Assembly (NCBI GenBank): GCA_013115125.1
Contig: JABANN010000005.1
Location: 62,001-126,000 of the forward strand
From: Perkinsus olseni
Taxonomy: Eukaryota
Length of the DNA: 64,000 bases
Reading direction: 5' to 3'
Under the pieces are notes generated by a model that did no database searches, was not told the origin of the DNA, and saw only the letters and a program-made list of their open reading frames with translations. This document shows positions 1-13,662 of this stretch, piece by piece (position 1 is the first letter of the stretch; each line of letters opens with the position of its first letter). The translations under genes and the position numbers were made by a program.

Positions 1-3000
1 TACCGTAGATCCGCTGTCGTTTTCTAAGACTGCCTTGATTACATCAAGTACTTCCTGTTCTTCACCACCAGCGATCGCTGCAGTGAGATCCGTGAACCTG
101 CCGGCTGATTCAGAGCACTCTGCAGCTACATCACGAAGCCACACTCGGAGCGATGGCCACGCATCGGGTGAGCACACAGTTGAGAGAATCATCCTAACCC
201 ACCGGTCGTGGAACAACGCCTTTGCCCAGTTGTCCTCAAGATATTCAATGATCGCTTTAACCTGTCCATCCGCACATTTCTTAGACCTGAGCCGAACTTG
301 GCCACAACTCAGCCGAGCCGCGTGCGTCCCGTCACATGTTATTGAGGTAGGCGACTGGCATGCCAAGTAAACCACAGAGATTTTGTAGCTCCAAAGGCTC
401 TCCGCCGAGGTACCTATCCCATTGACCGTCGGCCATAAGTCGCGACAGTTACTGCGGACTACGTGAACTCGGATATCTTTCCAAGCTTATCAACTTCAAT
501 CTGACAGAAGTGGCCCGTCCCTGAGGTTACATTCAAATCATCAGTGACGATGGTATCTGAACAACCCAGATTTCGTGGGACCAAGCTGCCTCTCTCTGTA
601 CGCTACCACTCGGCAATTTCATATAATCCTCGAGGCCAGGAATAGCCAGCTTGTAGTAATGAAGAAGGCCAGGCAGCAGACCAGTAGATACGTGGGGACG
701 CGAGAAGGCCGGTAAAGGAGAGCTCTGAAGGGATCGACACCTTCACGTTGAAGGTGAGAGTGGCAGCGGCAGCTTTACGTCTGATTGCCCTGCGGAGGAC
801 TGAGGGTCGACGTCGTTCTCCGCTCCGTCGAAAGAGACCTCCCCTGAGGCTTCCGCTGTAGAGCGCTCAGGATCTAGACACCTAAGTTCGGATTGCCCGT
901 CAGAACAGCGTCAAGAAGGGGTAGTCTGCTTATATCGACGAAGAATCCAGGGTGAGAGGTCTTACTTCACAATAGCCTCAGCGAGACTAGTTCCGACTTC
1001 ACGGCCGTTGTAGCCATCCTGGCGAAGACTCTGGTGGAATCCTAAGGGCGATGCGTTCAGCTGCCAACTGTCAGTTCTATCGCTCAGCTTACTCGTGACC
1101 TTCCCTCCGCTCGCTGGAGCCTTCACGTATCGACGAGAAAACTCACAGAGAGGTCCGGCAGCGAAAATGCTCTCGTCTGTCGTCCGGAAGAAACGATCGA
1201 CAATGAGACGCCCATCGTACCTGTTGGCACGTCACTGGCTGACACTTCCCTACCAGTTCCAAGCTTACACTAGTTGGTTACCGTAGATGGCTGAGAATAT
1301 CCTCGGGTCAACACTATGACCATCCGCAGTGATCAGGACACGGCAAGTGATCTTGTATCTGACACCCAATGCTCGAACGATGCACTCAGTACCATAATTA
1401 CTGGATCGGGTCATCAGGGTTGATCTCCTTAGAAACTTTTTCGAGTATTCCGCGTACCTGGTACGGACTTGCAACGAAAGCATGCAGCTAGTGGACTCAC
1501 AGGCGTCCCTCGAGGCCCTTGAGGCTCCTCAGATTTATCCTGGAAGAAGGAGCGACCATACTGGCTCGACGGACATTCCGATTCCACTTACCTCCTCGCC
1601 GGCAAGCCCGCTAAGCTTGATTGCACAGAGTCGCTGTCTGCTGTCAAGCTCTACCCCGGTCAGAGTGAGGTTGCTGTGAACGCGTACCTGCTTCGCACGT
1701 CCACTGTGTGAAGCCAGTTCACCAGTATCGGCTTACACCGATACTCATCAGAACGTCGTGTATTTTCCCCTCGACTGGATCGCCTTCCGCAAAGGCGTCC
1801 ACTGGGAGTACTTCATCTTCATCAGGGATAGTGTCACGACCTGATACAATGACACTGCTGATGGCATCGTCACCCGGCGGAGTACTTCTTCTGGGAGGCA
1901 AGACAAGCACGATCTTCTCCGGAGGGACCAGTCTGCCGAGCAAACCTTGAATCTGGACAAGCACGGCGATGGTGAGGACGGGAAGGACAGCGGTCTTTTA
2001 CCGCGCAGTAGGAGTCTAGAGCTCTGCCGTAGATGACCACGTAGCTGAGGGGATTCCACATGAGAGACTTCAGTAGAATGGATCCGTCTCCGAGGATCTT
2101 ATCGCATGAGCTGTCTGCAGACGATAGGCCTGACGAAGACGCTATCAGCTGCGTGAGGAAGGGCATTTCCGGGATCGCCTACAGCCGTTAACGTGTCGGT
2201 AGCCCAGCGGTAGATCAGCGACTCCCATCGAGCGAATGCTCAGAGAGTGCAGAGCATGATCTTGCAGGCCAGTCGTCAGGACCTAAGATGGGATCCCTCG
2301 CTAGGATGGTACCATCAAAAGCGCTACCCTACCAAATGGTCATAAGGAATCTCTATGAGCTTCCCTGCAGCCTCCGCCTGCGAGCCGTCCTCGGTGCTGG
2401 CAACGACGGAGACAGTCTTCGCGGTTCGATCGAGGGATATCATCCGAGCGTCCAAGATCCGAACCCGCGAGTCCATCATGAGTCGACGAAGCTCTCGAGG
2501 AGAGAATCTATGGGTGGGCACGGGCTGCATGGGAGGGTAACGGGCGAGGTGACTCACGCGCCAGTAGTGGCAGTGAGGCGGCGGACTTGCCAAAGAGAGG
2601 CTGGATGGCCACCTTCTGTGGCCTGGGTCTTGAATAGACGCGACAGGGAGGCTTCTTGGTGCGAGAGTGCTAAAAAATCTAGTAGCCACCGGAACGCGGC
2701 TTTTCTATACCAACTTTCCAGCTCATCATAGAGGAAGTAGCTGATTCCTCCAGGCGCCAGGAGCGTCAGGGAGGTGAAATGCAGCTTGGGCATCGAAATC
2801 AGAGCCGCCAGCGCTGCTAGACCGGCATCCGAGGCTCCTACTACAACCTGTGGGCAGGCTATATGACCGACAATCAATGATGTTGGACGACCTACTATTC
2901 TAGTATTGACTGTGCACTTGCAGTCGAGTATCATGCTCTTCGTGAGAATCTTTACGGATTCACATTCTTCATGGCCCTGGTGCCTGCAGCGGCAGCACAT

Positions 3001-6000
3001 GCTGTCGGTCACTGACCCGTATGCTAGTGGAGAGTTATCATCCGACTGGAGGGAATCCAGACAAGTTCCCCGAGTGAATCGGAGACGATTGGAAAATAAT
3101 TGCTCGGCGTAAGTCCATGTGTGTTCTTCAAAAACGGTTGGCTCGAGCCGATGCGAAGTTGACAAGAAGCAGCGGTGGACTTACGAGGTGCCCTCGAGGT
3201 AACTGATCCTTGTTGCCTGATCGCGAAGGAGCCTCTCCTGCCTGCCACCCTCACTCTCTATCCACTCTCGGTGCTCCCATCGGGCCGTGGGACCGTCAGA
3301 CTCGTCCATCTAAAGAACGCACGGATGGAACGTGGCCAAGCGTGCCAAGCTGCAATTGGTCATGAGCCGGGCTCCATCCGGGTTTCGCCCTTCGAGCTAG
3401 TAGAGATAGAGATACTGGTAATAGCCTGCTGGTACCACGTACTTGAGCAAAGATAGCAGAGGGCGGCGGAGCCCGCTTGATTGTGGTCACACCAGGAAGG
3501 CTGAGTCGTGGAGCGACGTGTATCTGAGGGAAACAGTTGAGAACCGTGAGCGGGTGTCGGATTCAGTATTCATGCAAAAAGCATTCCTTCAAGCAGCGAA
3601 CTGGCGATACCTCTGATCTGGAAAGGAGACACCGCGGAGAGCATGCCTCAAAGGCTTACGAATTCATCATCGAGGATGCCACATCTTCCAGGCAGGGCCG
3701 TGGAGCTCGTTAGAGACTGGTTGCAGCTAATCCCGTTGTTGTTGGTAGTAGCGATACATCTGCAGCAGACACTTCCAAACTTGAAGGGGCGTTTCACTTC
3801 GGTGCAAGGAATTTCAAGAGCGATCTCATCGTCGAAGCACTCGCCCTTTGTGATGAAAATCGAGGAAGAAAAGCTCAATACCACAGGAAGGATCTCCACT
3901 GACGGAGTTTTACATGAGTCGAGTCCCCAGGGCGGTGTTGGCCATGTGCAGTATCCTTCTGGTCTGCCCTCGAAGCAGCGGGCTGACACTCCAATGAGTG
4001 AGACGGCAGCAGCAGTTGGGTCTCTTGTAAACTGCTGGTGTCAGGTACTGGTCAATGTCGTAGCAGTCTGATGTAGAGTTTGAGTGACCAATGTGCATGA
4101 ACGAGCGAGAAACCGACATCGCAGCGTGTCGATAGGGTCTGCTTCCCGGTCGGCATCCGTGACCATCTCCACCTGAGGGCGGACGTCATGCTTCAACTGT
4201 AGGTGGTAGGGGAGACGCGATGACACGATTCGCCATTGTGCCAAGAGCTCAATGGCAAATTGTGAACTATTATGCCCTCCAGTAACTCTCAGTCTGCGTT
4301 ACGTTCAACTTAGATAGTACTCACCCCGAGGATCGACGCAGTTTGACCGTCCAGGAGGACCACAACAACGGTTATCTCATCACGCTCGTAGCGCCTAAAA
4401 GCGGGATTGGCCTCACAGGTGGTTGAAGAGTCGGGATACTCTTGAATGGATTCCCGATGTCTCTTGGTGATTGTGGACGCAACGGGTTCGAGTCGTGACC
4501 AGTCCAGGCACGCTGAAGGGAGCCAAGGTATGTGCTAGCTACGCTGTTCACCGACCATGTGACCTACCTTGACCGGAGCTGTGCGGCAGTACCACAACTT
4601 CCCAGTGAGGGTTGTGTGCCTCCATCAATACGGGACTGCCGGATAACCTGGCGTATACTGAATCTCGATGAGCGAGGTATCTGATGAGCGGTGGAGAAAG
4701 GGATAGGTGGTTGAAAGCGGCACGCGGTAGAGATGGTTGGCATTCGAACGACGCAGACAACGCGATGCGTGATCAGTGACCGAAAGTGAAGCACTACTAA
4801 ACAAGACTGAGGTACTCCGCACTATTAGCTCGCTAGGGTTGGCAAAGGAACGAGTTGCCGACCATTACTTACAAGACGTGATGGAAGGTTGTGGCGATCT
4901 TAGGCGACACTTGTGTGAACATTGAGGAGAGGAAGTTACTCTGGGGCGTGTCATGGGGCTGCGTGAGGATGCAGTAGTTTTTGTCCGGGAACCTGAAGAC
5001 TGCTACTATGGTGGTACGAAGGAAGAATCCATGACTATGCTTCGCCCACACGACCGTCAAAATTCCAGTCGAAGATCCGCGAAATGGGTCGATCGAGTGC
5101 CTCTTCTCTTGAAACACCGGTCCGGAGAACTCACATTGAGAAGGCAGGCACGAGGAAGTCGGCACTTTGGCGTTGGTATTGGGCGTCAAGGCAGAACATA
5201 CTGATGCAGAAAACATCTTTAGCATACCTATAGGAGCTCCATGCGGAGGGAAGAATGAGAGAACTAGCGGCTACTGTGGGGTATCCGCCAGCCAGAGATC
5301 ATGCGAAGGTGGAAGGGCGATTTTGAAGGCCTCGAACTTCCGCTGCACTACCGTGCTAGAGTCATCTATTACAGGCAACTCGGCAATGTCGCAGAGATTC
5401 CTAAAGAGAGTATTTTCTCAGCATCGAGATGCGAGAAGGCATGCTAAGCGTACATGATGGCTCCGTCGAGAGCCTCGAGTGTGAGCTCATCCTGCGGCGA
5501 TGGCAGACCTCCCCAGAAGGTGAGAACCATGGCCATGACGGTTGAGTCCACCTGTTCCAGCATTCTCAGAGGGCAGTGGAAGCCGTAGTAGTTCGGCAGG
5601 CTCACTTCTAGCCCGTTCTCAGCCAACGCAGCAGATATCTGGTCTAGGGTGACGCGCCTCTCCCCAGGCCCCGAAGAGATAATGCCTACCATCATAGCAG
5701 GTATGAAGAAACTCCGTAGATGGCTGCCTGCGAAGTGACCGACCTTGGTTCTCCTCAGAGTTCTCAGAATTCTGCTGGTCTCCATGCTCCGTGATGGGAT
5801 GCTGTATCGGTTTAGTGTGTCTGAGAACAACGAGAACGATCAGGAGACATAGTGAGCTCGCACGCCTGCTTGCACGTACAGGATGGTTCGAGCTGCTAAT
5901 AGAGCATTCCCGATGTCCCGTCGCTGTTGTTCGTCTATGGCCAGGAACGCGTCTATCGTGCTAGTGAGCTCTTCTATCGGACGGGAGGAGGAGGAGCTGC

Positions 6001-8260
6001 ACCTGATGGCACTACAGTGCGAGCGCGATGCCAACGCAGGGATGTACAGCTGCTGATTGAAGAGCCCTTCTAGAGCTTCTTGTAATTCCCCACTAGTCAG
6101 GATACGCTCGGCTCCATCGCTCTCATCACCCACAGTACCATCTTCTAGCGCCGAAACAGCCGCCGAGACGAACTTCGCTACCTAAGCGTCAACTGCGCAT
6201 CGGATAGAGAGAGACGCGTTAGCAAGTCACCCACCTCGACCTCTGCCGTGCTGTCGTCACCAGGGCTGTCAGCAACCAGGGCTTCACATATCAAGTCAAG
6301 GTCAAGCAGCTCCAATGTGAACTGGAGGCGATCTCCTACAGATCGTTCAGTACCGGGGCCTGAATCAAACTCAGAGCAGCGACTGACTTGTGGTGAGTAC
6401 CACCAAAACCAGCCGAATTTCTTCTGTTCCCTTCGTTACAAGGCCCGGAAAGGGATGCCCTCGCTATGTCCGCGAACCTGGGGTGATGACAGGACGGCTA
6501 GGAGCGCGAGTAAAGGCGGAGCATGCGTACTTTGGTTTGAGTAGGAAGTCATAGTCCTCCAGATGGAAGCACTTGACCAGTACATTGACCTGAGTAAAGA
6601 GAGGATCCTTACTGACCAAGAGCTGTGGGCATACATCAACTTCAGTTGTCACGCACATCAACCCTACGGCCTTGCCGGAAGAATCTAAGGTTGATGATGA
6701 TACAACACGGAAAGCGTATCTTCGGAGCACGTACCGCGAGGCTGGGCCACCAAGGACTTATGCGATTCGTCTTGGGCTGCTATCAGCTCGGCTAGGAAGA
6801 ACCTAGGAAGGTCGGATGGTCGCGAATAGGTTGTCAAGACAACCTACTCGCCATAGGTGTCAGTCACGACGTCACTTTGAGCGTCGAAGACCTCCACGAG
6901 ATCGTCGTGGTCTTCAACCGTAGCCGGGCGTATGATCAGCGGAGGGAAGGCGCGCTCTCGTGGGCAGTGGTATCTAGTATGACGATGACCGAGTAGGGGG
7001 CATCCCTGAGGCTTCACATGCTGCACTGTGAACTTGAGAATATTCCCTCCTCTGCTGGACCTGAGGCGCGACTGACGTACACCGATAAGCTTCCCCTGGT
7101 ACCTCACCTTGGATCTCTTCGAAGAGCCCCAGGAAGGGTCGCAAGCCGAAAGTTAAAGTCTCTATGGCCAGATCCTTGCCAACGTACCTGCAAAGTCAAG
7201 CATTGACTAACGCAGATATTATTGAATAAAGTTAAGACCGATTTGCCCTACAGCAGGAGATGGTTGATCTCCGGATATGCAGCCAAGATCCACTGACAGG
7301 CTTGCCGCAGCACTCTTGATTCTTTCCCACTGTGGCTGATGAAGCACCTGAGGCAGTCCGACCTCGTCACGTCAACGAGCAGCATGATGGCTGGTAGCTG
7401 ATAAGGGCGGCTGGATAGGTCTCACTTGAACCAGAGAGAGTTGTACTGGTAGATTCTGTGAGTCTCCGTTACCAGACTCCACTGATGATACCTGATAGGA
7501 TGCCTTCACGACAGTCCATCCCACCAGACACAGCGAAGAGACGGGTACGGGACAAGTCGTACTACACTAAACTAGGCGCGGCGTCGTTCTCGATCGTGCT
7601 CGCAGCTCTGAGACAGGGGAACGATATTTAGATTTTAATTGAGTTAGTTCTCGGGAAGCCTCTTGCGAACGCGAGCGTCTTTCTCACTCCTGCTGCACCG
7701 TAAGCCCTCTGCCGTCACTGGCTACTTCCGATTTGCCTGAAAAATTTTAAGTTCCACCAGAGCGCGTGTGGCAAGCGGTCTCCTCCTCACAGGCCTCTAG
7801 TTGTTGCAGACATGGGCGGCATCGCGTCGTTTTCTCTACCTTCTAATATGGCCGGGTAATTGTCCAACACCGCAAACCCCACGATAGAGAGATTCTCGTC
7901 CTCGACAACGATGGAGAGGGAACTGAGCAGAGAGGGTCCCCTAAGCCCATGAGTGAAGCGTTTTGGCTGGTTGTTCGACGACCTTCACCGACTGGCTGAG
8001 CAGACGAAAGCGAGTGCTTACGAGGTTTCCATCACTTCCACCAGTGTCCGTCCTTCATAAGCGTAGAACGACTCCACGATGACTGGCTGAGTCGATACTC
8101 CCCCGTCTGTTCTCTCGTTGCTGCTGAATTAAAGGTGAGGTGTTTATCGCGTTGGGCGTCGATACTGCTACCTTTCGTACAGTGACAGGATGGCGGGCAG
8201 GTCTGCTTGGGAAACACGCCGAGCTTTGAAACGTGTTTGGTTTGAATGTCGTTCTTCGTT
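1..8260 (-). CDS. CFAP61: Cilia- and flagella-associated protein 61 (multi-exon; 3' end runs off the window, start approximate)
   Basis: Minus-strand exons give CFAP61-like motifs in the expected order: LSIVVEDENLSIVGFAVLDNYP (~7850-7920), IIRPATVEDHDDLVEVFDAQSDVVTDTYGE (6844-6940), VNTRIV|VVGASDAGLAALAALISMPKLHFTSLTLLAPGGI (~2740-2910, Rossmann-like), KLIEIPYDHL (~2340) and IEYLEDNWAKALFHDR (~203-250). Exons are separated by short GT-AG introns. Confidence 0.85.
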
Positions 8261-9015
8261 CATCACTCCAAGCGAATTATACTCAACTAAGTTGACGTAG
8301 ATCCGTCTGCTACGCTTGGATGGACGCCCTGGGCGCTATGGACGTTAGAAATAACTTTTATTCTTCAAACGGGTAGATTACCAGTACTGCCAAAGCCTCA
8401 GATCGACGCTTACTATAATCGTCAGTCCAATATCTAACTGCGCTTGGGCGAGCGCGATAATCATTCATTAACGCGCACGCCATCAGCGCAACCTTCCGTA
8501 ATGATACAGCCGTGTCGAATTTCAAGGGAACGCAGCGCGTAAGGATCAATTCCGGAAGCGATTCAGAGTTTCAGCTGAGTGGACGAGGTGTTTGAAACAC
8601 CTTGTTCATTAAGGTGATGCTGTTCGAGTTGGCACACGAGACGCCTTCCACAAGGCTGTCTCCAGTTTAGTGTTCCAATCGCAGAACATTAACGTGTATC
8701 TCTTCCTTGGTTTCCCTAACACAGTGAGAGCGAAACCAAGGAAGAAACACACGTGAGTCACACTCCGTTGCTCCTCTGGAGAATAGACTACCGGTGTGAC
8801 GGTGCAGCTTTTCTAGCGTGCCTGCATGAGTTCGGGATTCTGCTCAGTTATGCTCTTGGCACTACCCGTCTTGGGACCCTATTCTCGTGAGCAAGCGGTG
8901 ACCGCTTAGCGGTCCATAACCACATCTTAGCCTCGATGAGATGGCTGGTTTGTTACAGTCTGCCCCACTACACATCAAACTAGCCGAGCTTCTTTCTTAT
9001 CCTAACCTTATAGCC

Positions 9016-11517
9016 ATGGCTGAGTGCCGCCCGCGATCTGGGTCTCCGCGGCCCGGCGACGACCTTTTCAGCGCTCCCAGGCCTAAGGTGAGCAAATGAT
9101 GTTACCACTCGACTCGTACCATCGCGGCACTAACATGCCTGTGGAAGATGACATGGCCGTCGTGTCAGACAACCCCGTGCAAGCAACGAATGCCTCCCAG
9201 CCAATTTCAGTGGGTACCACGACCGAGCACGTCGTTCCGACAGAAGTAATTAGCTTTCCTTCATCGGCATCGTAACCGATCTAAATGATCGAGTCCAGCT
9301 TGGCGGCGCCCCGACCTCTTTCACTGTTGTGAGTACGATGCAAAGCTCGCTCCATCAGGCCGGTTCAATCAGTCGGGAGCGGAAATAACTCTCGAAAGAG
9401 GCAGCAGAAATACTCAGTAAGATGAACTCTCGATGATGATGACTTCACCTCGCCGCCACGTTACTTCATTCCGCCAGGATTCTTCTGTCCCTTCGTGGTC
9501 CAAGCTGAACCCTCGTCGGCTTCACTTACCACCCCGATTACGTACCCCACTGCGATCGACCGATGGGAGTGAAAAAATTCCTTCGGCCCAAGTGGCCGAC
9601 CTCCGGGTGAGTAGCACCTTCCAAGGCACGGCAAATTGCGTCAAGTACCGCTCTTTTCCCAGTTCTTGCAGAACGCAAGTCGGAGAGCTGGTCGCCTCCG
9701 TGAGGAAGGGCGGTGCTACTACTCTCTCGGTGTGCTCTACGACAATGCGGGGAGGTGGCGAGACGCAATCAAATGTTATACGCAGTTCCTTCGGGTAAGA
9801 TCCTCGGCGTCAGTCGCAAGCCAGCCGTCTGCCCACTGTGAGCGTCCGTGACTGCTGTTCCTCTGGAACAGCGCTAGGACCGATGGTGGCCTGCGACTCC
9901 CCTGACTGTAGAGTCAGAGTTACCAATCGTAAGACCTTAGGAGTGATGAAGGAAAATATAGTTTCAATTCTCGGATCCTATCCCCTGAGGCCATGGCTAG
10001 CTAGCCGCGTATCCACCGCGCTATGCTTTTGTGTACTAGTTCCCCTCTGCAGACGAGATCTCCTTTATTTCCTAGCACTATGTATCCCTGGCTTGTCTCA
10101 TTCTGTAGATATGTGAGCGTTGTCGGGACGCACAGGGAGAAGCTTTGGCTTACCATTGTCTCGGAGTTGATTACCACTTTTTGGGTAAGGCAGAATCTGA
10201 CAGAGGCTCTACAGATTCCGCCGAGGAGTTTCTGATGAAGGTAAAACTTTCCCGCGCGCATCTACTCGCACCTGCTGGGAATGGCAGGCACTTGGTTTTT
10301 ACCAGAAGCATTTGGATCTCGTCGGAAGTGTCGAAGGTCGCTACTTGACCAACGTCAACATGTCTAGGGTTTACGCTGCACTGGGTGATGAGGAAGAGTG
10401 CTTAGGTCGCCAAAAGTACGACGAGAGGGCTTTCACGTTCATTAGCGAATCTCAGTAGTCGTCATCTACACGCTGTGGATGGCAAATTGCGGGCCGCAAT
10501 AGAGTCCGAGTCATGCTGCTGTCAGGCTTGCGAAAGGCTACGCGCAGCAGCTGCAGCCTTCCCGTAGCTCGGCTGGCCCAGCCGACGCGGTTCTGATCAA
10601 TATGGACCCCTCGGAATGGGCTCGCTCCCCGAGCGAGAAACTCATGAAATAGTGAATGAGGCGACGGAAGTGCAAGCCAGGGACAAGTAGATCGATAAGC
10701 GTGGGGTGCCTCACCATTAGAGCGCTACTGCTGCTGATATAAGACCTCTTTCGGACTGGATATGCCCTTGGTCGAGCAGGAAACTGTGAGAAAGCGCGAT
10801 ATCTTTGCTGACCACGAGAGCCTTCACCCCACCGCAGATCATCACAGCAAAGGGCTGCGTGTCGCTCAGATTGTTGGAGTTGCGATATCCTTGCCTGCTG
10901 GGTTCGCAACTGAATGTCGGGGCTAAGCACAAGGGCAGTGGGGTGGCCTCTCATTATCGTGAGTAGCCCGTGATGCCAGCGCATACGGTTGTGGGTGGAC
11001 TCCTGCCTCTGGGTGTGTGCGAAACTCGGCAACAGTTCTAGATATGAGTTGAGTTGACAGTTGACATGTTGAACTCCGGTACCAGTAGAATATCCTGCCG
11101 GCCTCGTCCGCCCGGGAGCCACGGTCTCCAAGATACTGCGGCCGTAGCCTTACGACTCACGGAGGCTGGTCTGCGTCTCAGCATAGAGGACGTCGTGACT
11201 AGCCCCCCAGTCCCCTTGCCTTTCTTTAAGTATAACAATTTGAGCAGCTTTGCAGCCTCTGCGTGAGCCGATCAGTCCCACCCAACCCACTTAGCGAGAC
11301 TACGGATGAACCCGGACCTACCCCGATATCCGGGTTCTACGCCTCTACACGCCCTATAGTTGTGTACCCGCTGTGCGCAGCCCAACGCGGGAACTACTGG
11401 CGTAAGGCACCAGGAAGAGAAGTCGTAGTGCCCAGCGCCACGAGTCGGGGCCCCGAGTCCCAATCCCCGTGGTCAGGGGTGTTAGCAGATCGAGTGAGTC
11501 TGCAGTATGGCGTGTGA
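9016..11517 (+). CDS. TPR-repeat protein (multi-exon; 3' extent uncertain, could be two genes)
   Basis: ATG at 9016. The exon at ~9665-9795 encodes RAGRLREEGRCYYSLGVLYDNAGRWRDAIKCYTQFLR, a typical TPR unit, and further helical exons follow (e.g. YLTNVNMSRVYAALG at ~10340-10390). Confidence 0.6.
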
Positions 11518-11549
11518 GCCACCCGCTGTCTCAACGGTTTAGCCCTCCC

Positions 11550-13183
11550 ACTCTCAACCTGAACCCAGCCTGAGGGTGAGCCTTGGGAAACCTCGTATAA
11601 GGGATCCGAGTCTGAACGTTGGAGCATGTAACCGTGCCCTGCGTAGGTGCGCCATCATCTTCCTCATCTCCCGGTCCCCGCAGTCAAAAGTTTCATACGT
11701 GTCCCCAGACGCGAACCTAATGAACATATATGCGTAGAAGGGCACCGACCCTCATCCCCTAGTGGCAAAGAGTGTGAACTTTGTACGTCACGCACGGAAA
11801 AACTCGCAGCGAAGGCGCTACCTTCAAGGCGGCCCCTACCCTGAGATCATTTCCTGTCCGGCCCAGCGATCTGTGTCACAATCATGCTCCCGTCGCATAA
11901 AACGTGTTCCTCGGGTATTCGCCTTACCAAAGTAGCTGTGGTCCCAGCAGTTCTGGGAGATATGCCAACTGGGCACTGCAAGGCTCTCCCAGGTGTCACT
12001 CGACAGTTAGCCGCAAAGACAGCATAAAACTGACAGTTGCCAACTTACGCTGGATGTAGTACGGGCTGCTGATGCGGACTGCAACACAAAGACGAATAAA
12101 GGTGTTAAAAGCCTTCCGTATGAAAAAACTGTGCAGAACGGCTATGAGAGCGACAATACCCTAAAAAGACAATACGATAGTGACAATACTAAGGATGCCG
12201 TTCTCAGCCCTCAGCTTTGCCATTCTTCCAAAAGAATGATGCTGTAGCGACCATCTGTTCGCCAGGAACAGAGGATATGCTTGTCACTGAGAAGCGGTAC
12301 GCTATTAACTGAATAATGATGCTCTTTGGATGCGAGTGAACGGACAGCCAGGCTGAGGTTACATACTCATCACAGTGTGCACTCTCCCGGTGTGAAGCTG
12401 CGCGACGAACCGTTGAACCTGGTAGTCATCATGCGGGGTGAATCAACGAGCTCGAAGTAAATCATGTCCAGTTCCTTCAAGGGTCCTGGGTATGGAAAGA
12501 AATGATGAAAAAAGTCATTAACGGTTTTTTGAAAAGAATTATACTCTGAGAAGGCAGCCTTATCTAGCAGGTAGACAGAATGAGACAGCCTATTCACAGG
12601 CAAAGGGTTGGTCATATACCCAAAACCGACCGACACGGTCAACGTGACGGTGACAACCGGATAAGTGTTCCAAGTAACTCTTCCGCAAACATGAAAATCC
12701 GGATTGTGATAGACGGGATGAGGGAGGAGCGCCCTATAGGTTCCGTTGAGAAGAGTATCAGTCAGAAGTTGTTCACCGCTGATCACTGAGACCATGAGGT
12801 AGATCGTGTAGATGATTTCGAGGAAGACCTTCATATGATGCACGAAGAATCCTGCAAACACTTCTATAACGGGAAGCCGAATATCGAAGGTGCACCGTAA
12901 GTCAGTACAGTCACTGTACTGACTACAGTGTGGCTGTTTGAGACGGGACTGAAAGAACGGTAAACCGAACTCGAGAGGAGTTTGGAGAAGGCTGATCTAG
13001 TTGTTGCTTGAGGATGAACGTATGTTTAATAGCATGACGAGGAACAAGCGTGCTCGCTGGGACGAACGTACGTACCACAAGCAAAGACGCACGAAGAGCA
13101 AGGTTAGTAAGCAGTAGCAATGAAGGTAGATGTCACTTAAGTGCAAAGGCACGGAGCCTATCTATCAGGGGAATAGGGTCCAT
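11550..13183 (-). CDS. Uncharacterised multi-exon protein with hydrophobic segments
   Basis: 163-aa ORF 12370-12861 with a hydrophobic stretch (VFLEIIYTIYLMVSVISG), plus flanking exon-like ORFs at 12923-13120 and 11554-11745. No family recognised. Confidence 0.35.
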
Positions 13184-13314
13184 CGTTAAGCCTACGGCTA
13201 ACGCAGGAGTAGCTTAACGTCTTAACAAGGCTGAACTAGAGAAGAGGCTATGGTAAGACTCATAATCCAATCCACTTGAGCGAGTGCTTGCCATGCACGC
13301 ATGCCATGTCCCTA

Positions 13315-13662
13315 CAGGGTGCCGACTTTAAAAGGGTCCACTCTTCATAAATCATTGCAGCGAACGAGTTGATAGTTATACCGCCCACCAATCGGAAGCT
13401 CTCGTCGAGTTCAACATACTTCCGCTCTCAGCCGCATCTTGAACGGAAGTTTCGACCAATCGAACCAAGCGCCGAAAAATCGCTGTTGGCAGAACTGCGA
13501 GGGGTCATGCCGACGTTGTGGGGTGCCAAAGTGGGGCGCCGACGCATGATGAAGAATGTTCCGACGCAGCACCGTTTGCTTCGCCCCAAATCAGCGATCA
13601 ACGACGTGTCTTCATCGAGGGGTGGGGCCCACCCGGTGGGCCCTTTTTAAGTCGGTACCCTG
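13315..13662. mobile_element. Non-autonomous Tc1/mariner-type MITE (348 bp)
   Basis: Terminal inverted repeats CAGGGTGCCGACTTTAAAAGGGTCCAC (13315-) and GTGGGCCCTTTTTAAGTCGGTACCCTG (-13662) match at 24 of 27 positions. TA lies on both sides (13313-14, 13663-64), as expected for a TA target-site duplication. No transposase is present. Confidence 0.85.
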
